From an uncultured Oligoflexia bacterium (GTDB taxonomy: Bacteria; Bdellovibrionota; UBA1018; UBA923), in the NCBI GenBank assembly GCA_964649095.1, contig CAZYPH010000001.1:69407-124167 (forward strand): 54,761 nucleotides of DNA, read 5' to 3'. The notes under the pieces are model-generated. The model was not told the DNA's origin, ran no database searches, and saw only the letters and a list, made by a program, of their open reading frames with translations. Of this stretch, positions 26,732-37,082 are shown in pieces. Each line of letters opens with the position of its first letter. Position 1 is the stretch's first letter. The position numbers and the translations under genes are program-made.

Positions 26732-28029
26732 AAATTTTCTTTACTTCGAGTCGGTCGACTATCGAGTCCTAATTGTTTTTCAACCGCTTTGAGTCGATTG
26801 CGTAAATCTTTAATAGAATCCAAACCTACTACAAAACGCCACCATTCTTGACGCGGTTTAACAGGCAACGTTCCAGCATAAGTTTGTTTACCGGGCAAAT
26901 CTTTAGATACGTTACCGCGGGCACCAACTATGGCTCCATCACCAATGTGCACTTTGTCCGCCACACCCACACTACCCGCTAGAATAACTTGATGGCCAAT
27001 TTTACAGCTTCCGGCCAGGCCCACTTGCCCACAAATGAAGGCGTGTTGCCCAATCTCAACGTTATGAGCCACCTGAACCTGATTATCAATTTTGGTACCA
27101 TTGCCGATAACGGTGTCGGAAAGTGTTCCACGATCAATTGCCGTGCACGCCCCAATTTCCACATCGTTACCAATCACGACACGCCCAAGATGGACAATTT
27201 TCAACGCTCCTCGCGGCGATGGTGCATATCCAAAACCATCCACACCGACACAAGCCCCAGAATGGATTCTAGTGCGATCACCCACGACCACTCGTGGATA
27301 AATGGTGGCGTTTGAGAACACCACGACATCACAACCCAACTGGGTTTCGCGCCCAACCACACTTCTGGGATGACAATACGTACGCTCACCAATCTTAGCA
27401 CCAACGCCTACGTGGCATCCGGCACCGATATGACTATGTTCTGCTAAGCTAACTCCGGCTTCAATAACTGCTCCGGGCCCGATATAGCTTGTTTTAGGCA
27501 CTTTCACCGAGGCGTCTACCCAGGCGCCGTTTGACGTGGTGACAAAATTCTGTTGCGTTGGAGTATAACCCCCAGCACCCTCAAATTGGTCAGGCCACTG
27601 ACGACTAACTAAGTGCGTAAAATAGGCCAACGCCTGATACGCATCGGGCACCCAAAGAATGGACGCATTGAACTCATATTGTGAAAAGAGACCACGCAAG
27701 GACTCCGACGCAACAATAAACAAATTACTTAGCGCCGACTTTTGAGGTTGCTGAGTCGCTACCGCAGCAAGAAATTCTTTAGCGATCGAATCAGAGTTGA
27801 GGAAGCCAATACTTTTGGCTTCTGTGGTTGTATGATCATTGCTAAGAGCCGAAAAAAAATGGGGCGTGGTTACACGCCCCATGTCGATTACGCTAAAAAT
27901 ACGTACACTAGAAATTCCTGAGACACCTGCCTGAGCAGTGCTTACAGTTGTTACGTGCGACCTACCGAAAGCCTCGTCTAAACAACTCAGGTACGACGAC
28001 AGTTGAAGTGGTGATTGAAACCTAACCAT
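26728..28029 (-). CDS. lpxD: UDP-3-O-acylglucosamine N-acyltransferase
   Basis: Long left-handed beta-helix hexapeptide region ([13 protein letters not shown]...[16 protein letters not shown]...) and a C-terminal coiled tail. Position between skp and fabZ. The N-domain looks longer than usual. Confidence 0.85.
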   Translation of the reverse strand: MVRFQSPLQLSSYLSCLDEAFGRSHVTTVSTAQAGVSGISSVRIFSVIDMGRVTTPHFFSALSNDHTTTEAKSIGFLNSDSIAKEFLAAVATQQPQKSALSNLFIVASESLRGLFSQYEFNASILWVPDAYQALAYFTHLVSRQWPDQFEGAGGYTPTQQNFVTTSNGAWVDASVKVPKTSYIGPGAVIEAGVSLAEHSHIGAGCHVGVGAKIGERTYCHPRSVVGRETQLGCDVVVFSNATIYPRVVVGDRTRIHSGACVGVDGFGYAPSPRGALKIVHLGRVVIGNDVEIGACTAIDRGTLSDTVIGNGTKIDNQVQVAHNVEIGQHAFICGQVGLAGSCKIGHQVILAGSVGVADKVHIGDGAIVGARGNVSKDLPGKQTYAGTLPVKPRQEWWRFVVGLDSIKDLRNRLKAVEKQLGLDSRPTRSKENL

Positions 28030-28561
28030 TCTTCTTATTAAAAGTCTTAACCACCTCGTCGGTCAAATCATCTTTTGGTTGTACAAATAAAACACTATTT
28101 TCATTCTTATCTAACACCATAGTAAAGCCCTGCCCTTTAGCGACTTCTTCTACTACGCCACGCAAACGGCCGATGATAGGCTCGGTCAAATCACGCTCGC
28201 GTTTTTGCATTTCCATTTGAGACTTACCTACCAACTCACGGTACTTCATGATTTTTTCCTGAAGCTCTGCTTGTTTTTTACCCTGAGCCTCAGCACTCAA
28301 AACCAAGTTCTTTTTCTTAAATTCTTCGGTCAGTTTTTTGATGCTCTCTTCTTCACTTTGAAGTTGTGTTTTTTTCTCGTTAAATTCCTTCTCTAACTGT
28401 GATTTGGCTTTTTTGCCGGCATCGACCGTTTGAAGGGCTTTTTGCATATCAACGACGGCGATTTTTACGTCGGCCTTCGCTACTTGTACGCCTAAAAATA
28501 AAGCCGCACTAGCTACTACGGTAGCTAATGAAAAGGCTGAAGTTGTTTTGGTTATTTTCAT
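28022..28561 (-). CDS. skp: Periplasmic chaperone Skp/OmpH
   Basis: Signal peptide, [12 protein letters not shown], a Lys/Glu/Gln-rich coiled region. Lies between bamA and lpxD. Confidence 0.8.
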   Translation of the reverse strand: MKITKTTSAFSLATVVASAALFLGVQVAKADVKIAVVDMQKALQTVDAGKKAKSQLEKEFNEKKTQLQSEEESIKKLTEEFKKKNLVLSAEAQGKKQAELQEKIMKYRELVGKSQMEMQKRERDLTEPIIGRLRGVVEEVAKGQGFTMVLDKNENSVLFVQPKDDLTDEVVKTFNKKNG

Positions 28562-28592
28562 TCTGATCTCTCCTTAAAATTACACTTGGTAT

Positions 28593-31037
28593 CTAAAACG
28601 GTGGGCCAATAAAGAATTGAAACACGTACGGATCGTCAAATGGTCTAGGATTTAGCGGAAAACCCCACTCAAAACGTAACGGACCTATCGGTGAAAACCA
28701 TCGTAAACCGAAACCGACGTCTTTACGAATTTCTGTTGAAGCGAATAGATCGTTAAACGAGCTAGTTGCACTACCAGCATCGAAGAACGTTACAAATTTT
28801 AAGCCGGCCTCTTTAACTAAAGGCATTTCGACTTCTGCAATATAGTTCCACTGCGACTTTGCGCCTAGTGGCGAGCCGAAACGTGATCTTGGGCTCACAC
28901 TAAGTTGGTTGTAGCCTTTTAGGTTGTTCGGGCCGCCCAAATAGAATTTCTCTGCTGGTGGGATATTTTTGTCTTCTCGAGTTTGAAAAATATGGCCTAA
29001 CTCGGCCTTGGTTCGAAACACCAAACCCCACGCAATGGGGTGGTAAAAACGCACATCACCAAGCAATTTTGCAAAGTGTTTATTGGCGCCCAACCCGCCC
29101 AACTCTCCGGTGGCCGCGGAGTAATAACCTTTGGTCGTTTCAAAACGATTGTTCCGGCGATCGTAAGCGAGCCCCAACTGCATGCTAGAAAGATTACCAA
29201 TATCATCACTAAAGTTCAGTTCAGGGTCGCGGGCTAATTGAATGTCATCTAGGCGTAGATGCTCAAATTTGTAGGTATTTGAAATATAAAGATCATCCAC
29301 AATCGGATACCCGAAGCGCACGGCACCCCCACTACGTAGGGTGAGATAACGATTAGGAATGGGGCTAACGACATAGAAAATATCGGTGCCGGCCGACCAC
29401 AACGTATCTAAGAAGTAGGGCTCTGTGAAACTAATCGAAAGACTGCGGGACAGACGATTGGCCGAGTATTGGCCCTGCAACGAAAGATTTTGCCCCCGTC
29501 CGAAGAGGTTATTTTCAGCCACCGTTGTGGTCATGAAGAAACCTTGCAGACTGCCGTAACCCATACCTAACGAAACGGTACCGGTGCTGCGTTCCTTGAT
29601 CGAAATTTCAAGGTCAACAATACTTGGGTTGTCTTTGCGTGTGACCGAATTGACCACTACCTCGCCTTGGCCAAAAAATCCGAGACGCTCAACACGCTCT
29701 TTGGAAATGCGCAATCGAGACCCATTGTACAACTCACCTTCATGGACGCGTAGTTCTCGACGAATGACTTTATCGCGTGTCTTTGCGTTGCCTAATATAT
29801 TGATCTGACCGAAATGGGCCAATTCGCCCTTTTCAAAGTCATAACGAATATCGACGACTTTTTCGTCGTCACGAATATTGGCGCGTGGGTTGACGTTAAC
29901 AAACGCATATCCGAGGTCTTGATATTTTTCGGTGAGTAACTGGATGTCGTCGTTACGTCCTGAAATAGAAAAGGTCTCGCCTTTAATCAGGTGAAGGTCT
30001 TTGCTCAACTCGTCTTTGGTAAAAAGTAAATCTCCGCCGAAATCGATGTCGCCTACTTTATACTGCTCACCCTCTTCGATACGAATCGAAATAAACAATG
30101 ATTTTTTATCTTCACTTACCGTAACAACGGGCGTGTCGACCTGCGCTTTGACATAACCTTCGTTCGCGTAGAAGTAGCGAATCATCTGTAGATCTTGTTT
30201 AAACGCCGACTCTTTAAAACTACCAGAGCTCGTCAACCACGAGAAAAAACTGCCCTCTTTGGTTGAGCGCATGATGTCTTTGAGTTTTTGGTCTGAGAAT
30301 TTTTTGTTATTTAGGAACGTAATCTTTTTGATGCGTACTTTTTCAAAGTCGTTCACCCGGTAGATTAAATTGACCTCGTCTTTTTTGTCCGACTTCTGAA
30401 CATCGTAAGAAACACGAGCCAGATAAAAACCTTTGTCTTCGTAGTGTTTTTGAATAGCCGCAACATCTTCTTTAACTTTGGTGATATCTAGAATGGCATA
30501 TTCTTTTAGTTTGATAACTTCTTTGAGGTCTTTCGAAGCAATCTGATCGTTGCCTTCGAAATCAATTTTCACCACCGTCGGATGCTCTTTAACGATGAAG
30601 GTAAGAACGCGGTCTGAATAATCCGCCTGAATATCGTCGAAATAACCTAAGTTATGTAACGCGCGAATGTCTTCAGCGATGCGCTCTTTCGACAAGGAAT
30701 CACCTACTTTAGATTTTAGTTTGGCGATAATCGCATCGGCTTCGATTTTTTTATTACCTCGGATGGCAATTGATTTAATGCCACTGCCGTCATCTGGCTG
30801 ACTCAGCGTTGGTGAGCGTAACAGAGATTTTTTTTCTGCTGCTGCACGGCCTTTGGAAGGCTTTGCATAAGAAGACGCTGAAAACAAAGCCGCCAAAAAA
30901 GATACGGACAAAATTACAAAGACGGCCGGACTAAGACAACGCCGCGCCCCGACTCGGGATAAAACAATGCGCCTGCTTATTTTTTTGAAATCAAAAGAAC
31001 AACTACCTAAAGCAATTAACCAGGGATGGAGATTCAT
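28593..31037 (-). CDS. bamA: Outer membrane protein assembly factor BamA
   Basis: 814 aa with POTRA-like repeats (IKSIAIRGNKKI..., VVKIDFEGNDQI..., IKKITFLNNKKF...) and a C-terminal beta-barrel ending FQFFIGPPF. Confidence 0.9.
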   Translation of the reverse strand: MNLHPWLIALGSCSFDFKKISRRIVLSRVGARRCLSPAVFVILSVSFLAALFSASSYAKPSKGRAAAEKKSLLRSPTLSQPDDGSGIKSIAIRGNKKIEADAIIAKLKSKVGDSLSKERIAEDIRALHNLGYFDDIQADYSDRVLTFIVKEHPTVVKIDFEGNDQIASKDLKEVIKLKEYAILDITKVKEDVAAIQKHYEDKGFYLARVSYDVQKSDKKDEVNLIYRVNDFEKVRIKKITFLNNKKFSDQKLKDIMRSTKEGSFFSWLTSSGSFKESAFKQDLQMIRYFYANEGYVKAQVDTPVVTVSEDKKSLFISIRIEEGEQYKVGDIDFGGDLLFTKDELSKDLHLIKGETFSISGRNDDIQLLTEKYQDLGYAFVNVNPRANIRDDEKVVDIRYDFEKGELAHFGQINILGNAKTRDKVIRRELRVHEGELYNGSRLRISKERVERLGFFGQGEVVVNSVTRKDNPSIVDLEISIKERSTGTVSLGMGYGSLQGFFMTTTVAENNLFGRGQNLSLQGQYSANRLSRSLSISFTEPYFLDTLWSAGTDIFYVVSPIPNRYLTLRSGGAVRFGYPIVDDLYISNTYKFEHLRLDDIQLARDPELNFSDDIGNLSSMQLGLAYDRRNNRFETTKGYYSAATGELGGLGANKHFAKLLGDVRFYHPIAWGLVFRTKAELGHIFQTREDKNIPPAEKFYLGGPNNLKGYNQLSVSPRSRFGSPLGAKSQWNYIAEVEMPLVKEAGLKFVTFFDAGSATSSFNDLFASTEIRKDVGFGLRWFSPIGPLRFEWGFPLNPRPFDDPYVFQFFIGPPF

Positions 31038-31095
31038 GCGTATAAAGAAAAGGTATATTTTTTTAATAGGATGTTCGTCAAACTCAAATATCGAT

Positions 31096-31773
31096 TCACT
31101 GAATTACCACACCATCACGCATTTCGACGATGCGCCCCATTTTTTGAGCGACTTTCATGTCATGAGTGACAATAACTAACGACGTTTTTTTGGCGCGATT
31201 GAGCTCTAAGAGCAGATCCATCAGGAGCGAACCATTCTCCGAATCTAAGTTACCAGTGATTTCATCGCCCAAAATAACTTCGGGCTGCATCAGCATAGCG
31301 CGCGCAATCGCGACACGCTGACTCTCGCCGCCGGATAATTCGCTCGGCAGGTGGTGCATGCGGTGGCCCAGGCCGACGTTCGTAAGTAGTTGTTTGGCAA
31401 TAGGCTCAATCACGTCGCGATGGCGCTCAGCTATTTGACCTGGCAATAAAACATTCTCTAACGCTGTGAACTCGGGAAGTAGATAATGGAACTGAAATAC
31501 AAAACCTAATTTACGATTGCGGTAATCAGCACGTTGGTTTTCATTTTTTTGAAATAAATTTTGTTGCTCATGCAAAATTGTGCCTGAAGTTGGCGGCTCT
31601 AAAAGACCTAATAAATGAAGGAATGTCGATTTACCCGCGCCCGAGCTACCCACAATCGCTACAGTTTCACCGCGAGTTAAAGCAAAGGAAACACCACGTA
31701 ACACAGGGATGTTTTGCGTCCCCCGGTTAAACGACTTAAAAACGTTGTTTGCTGTAATAATAGTGTCTATCAA
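31096..31773 (-). CDS. lolD: Lipoprotein-releasing ABC transporter ATP-binding protein
   Basis: Walker A GSSGAGKST, signature LSGGESQRVAIARA, Walker B ILGDEITGNLD. Adjacent to an FtsX-type permease. Confidence 0.8.
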   Translation of the reverse strand: MIDTIITANNVFKSFNRGTQNIPVLRGVSFALTRGETVAIVGSSGAGKSTFLHLLGLLEPPTSGTILHEQQNLFQKNENQRADYRNRKLGFVFQFHYLLPEFTALENVLLPGQIAERHRDVIEPIAKQLLTNVGLGHRMHHLPSELSGGESQRVAIARAMLMQPEVILGDEITGNLDSENGSLLMDLLLELNRAKKTSLVIVTHDMKVAQKMGRIVEMRDGVVIQ

Positions 31774-31782
31774 ACAAACCCC

Positions 31783-32994
31783 TTAATCTTGTTTCAAGGC
31801 ATCGATGATGGCTCTGCGACTCACACGCAAACTAGGCCAAACCGTCGCACTTACGGCAATAACCAACGCCGCAATTAAAATAACTGCGATTTCAGTTAGA
31901 CGCATTTCAACCGGAAACTTGGAGAACATGTAAATTTGAGCCGGTAAATCGAGTATGGTTTTGTGCTTTAATAAAAATAGGCCGCCCAATCCTAAAATAC
32001 TACCTAGAAAGACACCCAACGACGCAACCAAAACACCGACTAATAACCAAAGCTGAAATATTTTAGAACGACGTAATCCGATTGCTTGTAACATCGCAAT
32101 CGACTTTCGTTTTTCGTAAACCAACATTAAAACCAAACTAACCACATTGAAACTCGCCACAAAAACAATGGCTAATAATAAAATACCAATGACCACTTTT
32201 TCTAACGCCAGCGCATATAAAATATTGCGGTTCAACGTAGACCAATCGCGGGCTCGAATCGGGTATAAATATTTTTCATTTAATACTGAAGCAATCTGAT
32301 TACTCGTAGCCGCTGAGCGGGTTAAGATTTTAAACGCGTTCACTTGATTTGGGAGGGCTAGAATATTTTGCAAGGTACTTAGGTTGGTCACTGCGTATTT
32401 AGAATCGTATTCGTACATCCCTAACGAAACAATGCCCGTGACCACCAATGGTTTTACCACCGCTTCGGCGTCATGAAAGGGCACCGTAAATTGTACGGTG
32501 CTACCGAGGGACAATTTTAATTTCTCCGCAATAACGCTGCCGATAGCAATCTCATTTTGACCCTCAACACTTGGCAAACGTCCTGAAATGACACGCTGAC
32601 TAATTTCAGAAACTTTATGAACGGCATCCATGTCGACGCCCTCTAAAACCACACCCATTGATTTTTTGTGTGTCAACATGCCCTCAGTGAACAAGTAGGC
32701 TGCGGCAGCAACAATATCAGGAGAGGTCGCTAACAAATCTTTTTTAAATTTTTCGGGATCTGAAATGGTCTTTGATTTTGCGAAAAGCAATATATGACCG
32801 TGAAACGCGGTTTGGGTGCGACGAATTTCGGTTTCAAAACCGTTCATGACCGACGTGACAATAACTAACGATGCCACCCCGAGAGCAACCCCAATAATGG
32901 CAATAAACGCCAAAAACCGAGTCGATTTTTTTGTCGCGGAACCAGAAAGACGATCTACCCCCAATAAAAATCGCCTAACTAATTTTGCAATCAT
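31783..32994 (-). CDS. Lipoprotein-releasing system permease (LolC/LolE, FtsX/MacB-type)
   Basis: 403 aa: N-terminal TM, large periplasmic domain, three C-terminal TMs (FtsX-like). Confidence 0.75.
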   Translation of the reverse strand: MIAKLVRRFLLGVDRLSGSATKKSTRFLAFIAIIGVALGVASLVIVTSVMNGFETEIRRTQTAFHGHILLFAKSKTISDPEKFKKDLLATSPDIVAAAAYLFTEGMLTHKKSMGVVLEGVDMDAVHKVSEISQRVISGRLPSVEGQNEIAIGSVIAEKLKLSLGSTVQFTVPFHDAEAVVKPLVVTGIVSLGMYEYDSKYAVTNLSTLQNILALPNQVNAFKILTRSAATSNQIASVLNEKYLYPIRARDWSTLNRNILYALALEKVVIGILLLAIVFVASFNVVSLVLMLVYEKRKSIAMLQAIGLRRSKIFQLWLLVGVLVASLGVFLGSILGLGGLFLLKHKTILDLPAQIYMFSKFPVEMRLTEIAVILIAALVIAVSATVWPSLRVSRRAIIDALKQD

Positions 32995-34595
32995 GATTCG
33001 TTTATAGACTCGTGCTCTAATCCAGCGTGGTGCGCGCGCGGTTTCATTTGAGGGAATAAAATCACATCGCGGATGCTGGCACTATCCGTGAACAACATCA
33101 CGAGACGGTCGATACCAATACCCTGACCTGCGGTTGGTGGCATACCTTGTTCGAGTGCTGCTAAAAAGTCTTCGTCAATATCACACGCCTCTTCGTTGCC
33201 ACGCGCTTTTTCTTCGGCTTGGTGCTCAAAGCGAATACGCTGATCTACAGGGTCGTTGAGCTCAGAAAACGCATTGGCTACTTCGCGACCAAAAATAAAA
33301 AGCTCAAAACGATCGACCACGCTGGGGTCCACATCGTTGCGTCGTGAAAGAGGTGACACACTTGTGGGATACTGTGTAATGAAAGTTGGTTGAATCAGTT
33401 GTGCTTCTACTTCGTTGTCAAAAATACTCATCCAGTCGTGACCTAGGGTTTGACTGTCGTCATAATGGAATTTTTTTGAATCTAAGTAGCGACGTACTAC
33501 CGCCTGATCATGAAGCGCCTCGAGCGCAGGTAACGAGCCCGACTGCGCCGCAAATTCTGCGAAGCCACTGAGTTTTAAAATGGATTCTTTTACAGTTAAA
33601 CGCTGCCAAGGGCCGGCAAAACTAATATTTGTGCCTTGATAACTAATCTCGAGTGAACCTTTAACGGTTTGGGCCAAACCTTGAAACAGCTCTTCGGTTA
33701 GCACCATCAAATCTTCGTAGGTGGCATAGGCCCAGTAAAACTCAATCGATGAAAACTCGGGATTGTGTTTGATGCTAATGCCTTCATTACGGAACTGGCG
33801 ATTTAATTCGTAAACACGCTCAAAACCGCCAACAATCAATCGCTTTAAATGCAGCTCTGGCGCGATACGCAGCGAGAGCTCTAAATCTAAAGCATTGTGA
33901 TGCGTCATGAATGGCTTTGCCGCTGCCCCGCCTGCAATTTGATGGAGCATGGGTGTGTCGACTTCCAAAAAATCGCGTTGATCAAAAAAATTACGAATAT
34001 AAGAGATAATTTTAGTGCGCGCGCGAAATGTGTCACGTACGGCGGGATTCATAATTAAATCCACACTGCGGTTACGGTAACGCAACTCGACATCAGAGAG
34101 CCCATGAAATTTCTCAGGCAAAGGCCGTAGTGACTTTGTTAACACAACAAACTGCGTTGCATGGATCGACAACTCATTTGTTTTTGTGCGAAATACATGA
34201 CCTTCTATATATATAATATCGCTAATATCTGTGAAATTCTTGTAATGATCAAACTGTGTGACTAACGAATCTTTTGAAACGAAAACTTGAATCAACCCCG
34301 TGCGATCTTGAATACGTACGAACCCGCCTTTACCGAAATCTCGAATCGCCATGACACGGCCAGATACGGTGACGTGGGGTTTTGTGCCTTCTAATTCTTC
34401 TCGTGAAGTGTGTTCGTAGCGTTCATGCAGATCAGCAGCCAAAGCCGTAGGTTTGACGCCATTGCGATAGGGGTTCAACCCCAACGCCCGCATCGCTTTG
34501 GATTTTTCAAAACGAACCAACATCTGTTCGTTTGTGATCATTGTTTTAGGCAATGTTTTAGCCAACGCCGAAAGCGTCTCTTGAGAAGTAGACAT
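32991..34595 (-). CDS. lysS: Lysine--tRNA ligase (class II)
   Basis: FRNEGISIKHNPEFSSIEFYWAYATYEDLM and PPTAGQGIGIDRLVMLFTD. ATG 34595 (MSTSQ) is preferred over TTG 34607. Confidence 0.95.
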   Translation of the reverse strand: MSTSQETLSALAKTLPKTMITNEQMLVRFEKSKAMRALGLNPYRNGVKPTALAADLHERYEHTSREELEGTKPHVTVSGRVMAIRDFGKGGFVRIQDRTGLIQVFVSKDSLVTQFDHYKNFTDISDIIYIEGHVFRTKTNELSIHATQFVVLTKSLRPLPEKFHGLSDVELRYRNRSVDLIMNPAVRDTFRARTKIISYIRNFFDQRDFLEVDTPMLHQIAGGAAAKPFMTHHNALDLELSLRIAPELHLKRLIVGGFERVYELNRQFRNEGISIKHNPEFSSIEFYWAYATYEDLMVLTEELFQGLAQTVKGSLEISYQGTNISFAGPWQRLTVKESILKLSGFAEFAAQSGSLPALEALHDQAVVRRYLDSKKFHYDDSQTLGHDWMSIFDNEVEAQLIQPTFITQYPTSVSPLSRRNDVDPSVVDRFELFIFGREVANAFSELNDPVDQRIRFEHQAEEKARGNEEACDIDEDFLAALEQGMPPTAGQGIGIDRLVMLFTDSASIRDVILFPQMKPRAHHAGLEHESINES

Positions 34596-34609
34596 ATGTA
34601 CTATCAACC

Positions 34610-35533
34610 TTAGTGGTGCAGCGACTCTAAGTAACGCTCAGCATCGAGTGCTGCCATACAGCCCGAGCCTGCAGCTGTGATCGCCTGCCGATAAATATGA
34701 TCCTGCACATCGCCTGCAGCGAATACGCCTGGAATATTGGTTTTTGAAGAATGCGATTGGGTGATTAAATACCCATTGGCATCGGTCTCTAACTGACCTT
34801 TAAATAATTTTGTGTTGGGGGAATGCCCGATCGCTACAAAAACGCCGGTAACTTTGAGCGTTTCGGTCGCACCTGTAGTGGCGTCTTTGATTAGCAACCC
34901 CTCTACATCTTCGGCGCCTAACACGTCTTCTACCAAGGCATTGTAACGCACCGTGATTTTTGGATTCTTCAAAACACGGTCTTGCATAATTTTACTGGCA
35001 CGCAATTGGTCACGACGATGCACCAGCGTAACGGACTTTGCAAAACGCGTTAAAAAATGCGCTTCTTCGCATGCTGAATCACCACCGCCAATTACAGCAA
35101 TGTCATGCCCACGAAAGAAAAAACCATCGCAGGTGGCACAGGTAGAAACCCCCTTGCCCATGAGACGTGATTCATTTTTTAAGCCTAATAGATTCGCCGA
35201 AGCGCCTGTTGAAATAATAACGGCTTGGGCCTGAAGCGTTTCTTTCGCTGTTTTTAGTGTTTTGATTGGTGATTTAAGATCAGCCTCCACCACCTCGCCA
35301 ACGACAAACCGCGCTCCGAATCGCTCGGCTTGTGCGCGAAACTGCAGCATGAGTTCAGGGCCCATTACGCCTTTGGGAAAACCCGGAAAATTTTCTACTT
35401 CAGAAGTAATCGTCAACTGACCGCCTGCTTGCATGCCCTCCACAACGAGAGGATTCAAGTTGGCGCGCGCTGCATAAATGGCTGCCGTTAATCCGGCAGG
35501 GCCTGTACCTAAGATGATAATATTTTCTGCCAT
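34610..35533 (-). CDS. trxB: Thioredoxin-disulfide reductase
   Basis: ILGTGPAG, redox site CATCDGFF, GGGDSACEEA. Confidence 0.95.
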   Translation of the reverse strand: MAENIIILGTGPAGLTAAIYAARANLNPLVVEGMQAGGQLTITSEVENFPGFPKGVMGPELMLQFRAQAERFGARFVVGEVVEADLKSPIKTLKTAKETLQAQAVIISTGASANLLGLKNESRLMGKGVSTCATCDGFFFRGHDIAVIGGGDSACEEAHFLTRFAKSVTLVHRRDQLRASKIMQDRVLKNPKITVRYNALVEDVLGAEDVEGLLIKDATTGATETLKVTGVFVAIGHSPNTKLFKGQLETDANGYLITQSHSSKTNIPGVFAAGDVQDHIYRQAITAAGSGCMAALDAERYLESLHH

Positions 35534-35571
35534 ATGTTTTTTGAATTTGCTTGGGGGTGTGGGAGCTAGAA

Positions 35572-35769
35572 CTATCTTAAACCAGACTTGCCTTCGAGCT
35601 CTTGCCGAATCGCTTCAACGTCAACAAACGTTGCTGCATCAGCATCATCGGGAAGGGCCTTCAATAGTTTGTCATTTTCTACTTTGGTGGAAACACCTTT
35701 CGCAGAAAGACGGTTAATCATACGAATGTCATTTTTTTTGTCATGAATTGCATCGGATAGTGTTGCCAT
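35572..35769 (-). CDS. Small (65 aa) hypothetical protein
   Basis: An ORF that fills the gap between the rhomboid gene and trxB in the same orientation. No motif recognised. Confidence 0.35.
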   Translation of the reverse strand: MATLSDAIHDKKNDIRMINRLSAKGVSTKVENDKLLKALPDDADAATFVDVEAIRQELEGKSGLR

Positions 35770-35798
35770 AGACCCTTAGATCTACAACAAGTTTTGGT

Positions 35799-36509
35799 TT
35801 AGTGAAAGGTGGGACCTGTATTTCGTTTGTTAGAATCGGTATTAGACCGATCGGCATTGTGAACCATTTTGAGGTGGTTCGCCTTACGTCGGGTGGTGCC
35901 CTTACCACCGCCGCCTCTTTGGCGGACGCGAGCTAGATAAAGTAAGTAGGCAAAACCGGTGATCATACCGCCTAAGTGACACGCACTGGCCGCCGCTGAG
36001 TTTGAATAAAAGATGGTTGAGATGAATTCAATCGCCCCCAGTAACAATACAAAATATTTAGCTTTTATAGGAAAGAGCATCATAAACAGCATCGTGCGTT
36101 CCGCAAACAAGATGCCGTAGGCCGTTAAAAGACCGTAAATGGCGCCACTTGAGCCTATCATGAGTGCGCCAGTACCCACACCCAACAACGCCAACACGAG
36201 GTAGACCACACCACCCGATAGGGCCGTCAGAGCCGTAAATGATAAAAAGATTTTAGGACCCCAAAGCGCCTCGAGCTCGCTACCGATCATGTAAAAAACA
36301 AGCGCGTTGAATACGAGGTGCATCAATTCGGCATGAAAAAATGGGTACGTGGCTAAACGCCAAAACTGCCAGGGTACTGAGGGCAGCACACCAAAAAATA
36401 AACTCAAAGACTGGCCCACGAGTTTTAATGCCACTAAATCGAGCACGAACAAAACCACTAAAACAATTAACAGACGTTTCACCCAAGGGGTCAGTGGTAT
36501 GGGGGTCAT
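35799..36509 (-). CDS. Rhomboid-family intramembrane serine protease
   Basis: HAELMHLVFN, catalytic GSSGAIYGLL, and HLGGMITG in a polytopic membrane protein. Confidence 0.85.
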   Translation of the reverse strand: MTPIPLTPWVKRLLIVLVVLFVLDLVALKLVGQSLSLFFGVLPSVPWQFWRLATYPFFHAELMHLVFNALVFYMIGSELEALWGPKIFLSFTALTALSGGVVYLVLALLGVGTGALMIGSSGAIYGLLTAYGILFAERTMLFMMLFPIKAKYFVLLLGAIEFISTIFYSNSAAASACHLGGMITGFAYLLYLARVRQRGGGGKGTTRRKANHLKMVHNADRSNTDSNKRNTGPTFH

Positions 36510-36549
36510 AAATTTAGTGATCCTATAAATTAAATTAGTTTACAAACTA

Positions 36550-37011
36550 TTAGGGCGCATTTTTTTGTGCGATCTCTATTAGTATGCCGCCAGTTGAAGT
36601 GGGGTGCAAAAAGTTTACTAAAGTATTGTGGGCACCCGGTTTGGGCTCAGCGTAAATCAAACGCACACCGGCGTTGATAAGGCGCTGCGACATTATTTCG
36701 ATGTCACTAACAACAAATGACAAGTGATGCACACCGGAGCCTTTTTTGGCTAAAAATCGGCGCACGACGTTTTCGGGATTATTAGCCTCGTCCGGCAAGG
36801 TCTCGAGAATTTCAATTTTGGCGCTCGGACCTGGGGTTTTTACAAAGTGTGTCATGACACCCTGACTGGGCACGGCCTCTTGGCCGGCATCTAGAAGATT
36901 GAGAAGACTTAGGACCCGCTTCAATTGTGGAATATTGTCCGTAACGATGGCGATGTGATCTAAATAAATTGTATTTATATTTGGTGTAGTCATGAAACGA
37001 TCGTATACCAC
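36550..37011 (-). CDS. VOC-family enzyme, probably methylmalonyl-CoA epimerase
   Basis: LDHIAIVT..., GVHHLSFVV, GGILIEI. The GTG at 37011 or the ATG at 36993 could be the start. Confidence 0.65.
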   Translation of the reverse strand: MVYDRFMTTPNINTIYLDHIAIVTDNIPQLKRVLSLLNLLDAGQEAVPSQGVMTHFVKTPGPSAKIEILETLPDEANNPENVVRRFLAKKGSGVHHLSFVVSDIEIMSQRLINAGVRLIYAEPKPGAHNTLVNFLHPTSTGGILIEIAQKNAP

Positions 37012-37032
37012 GACTGCAGGTCTGAAAACGGA

Positions 37033-37072
37033 TTCGACGGGTAGGATTAGGACTTGAGACCTTCCCGTCGAA
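37033..37072 (-). terminator. Hairpin downstream of the Gly-rich protein gene
   Basis: TTCGACGGGTAGG (37033-37045) / CCTTCCCGTCGAA (37060-37072), 13-bp arms with 1 mismatch. On the minus-strand transcript it is followed by a U-containing tail (AUCCGUUUUC). Confidence 0.45.
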
Positions 37073-37082
37073 ACTCGTTTTT

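Noticed and set aside
26979-27404. Several 64-108-aa ORFs on both strands inside lpxD
   Set aside because: They are by-products of the periodic hexapeptide-repeat coding sequence, with no independent signals.
26728-28029. LpxD about 90 aa longer than the enterobacterial enzyme
   Set aside because: The extra length is spread through the N-terminal uridine-binding region, which still aligns at both ends. This is likely lineage-specific variation and not a fusion.
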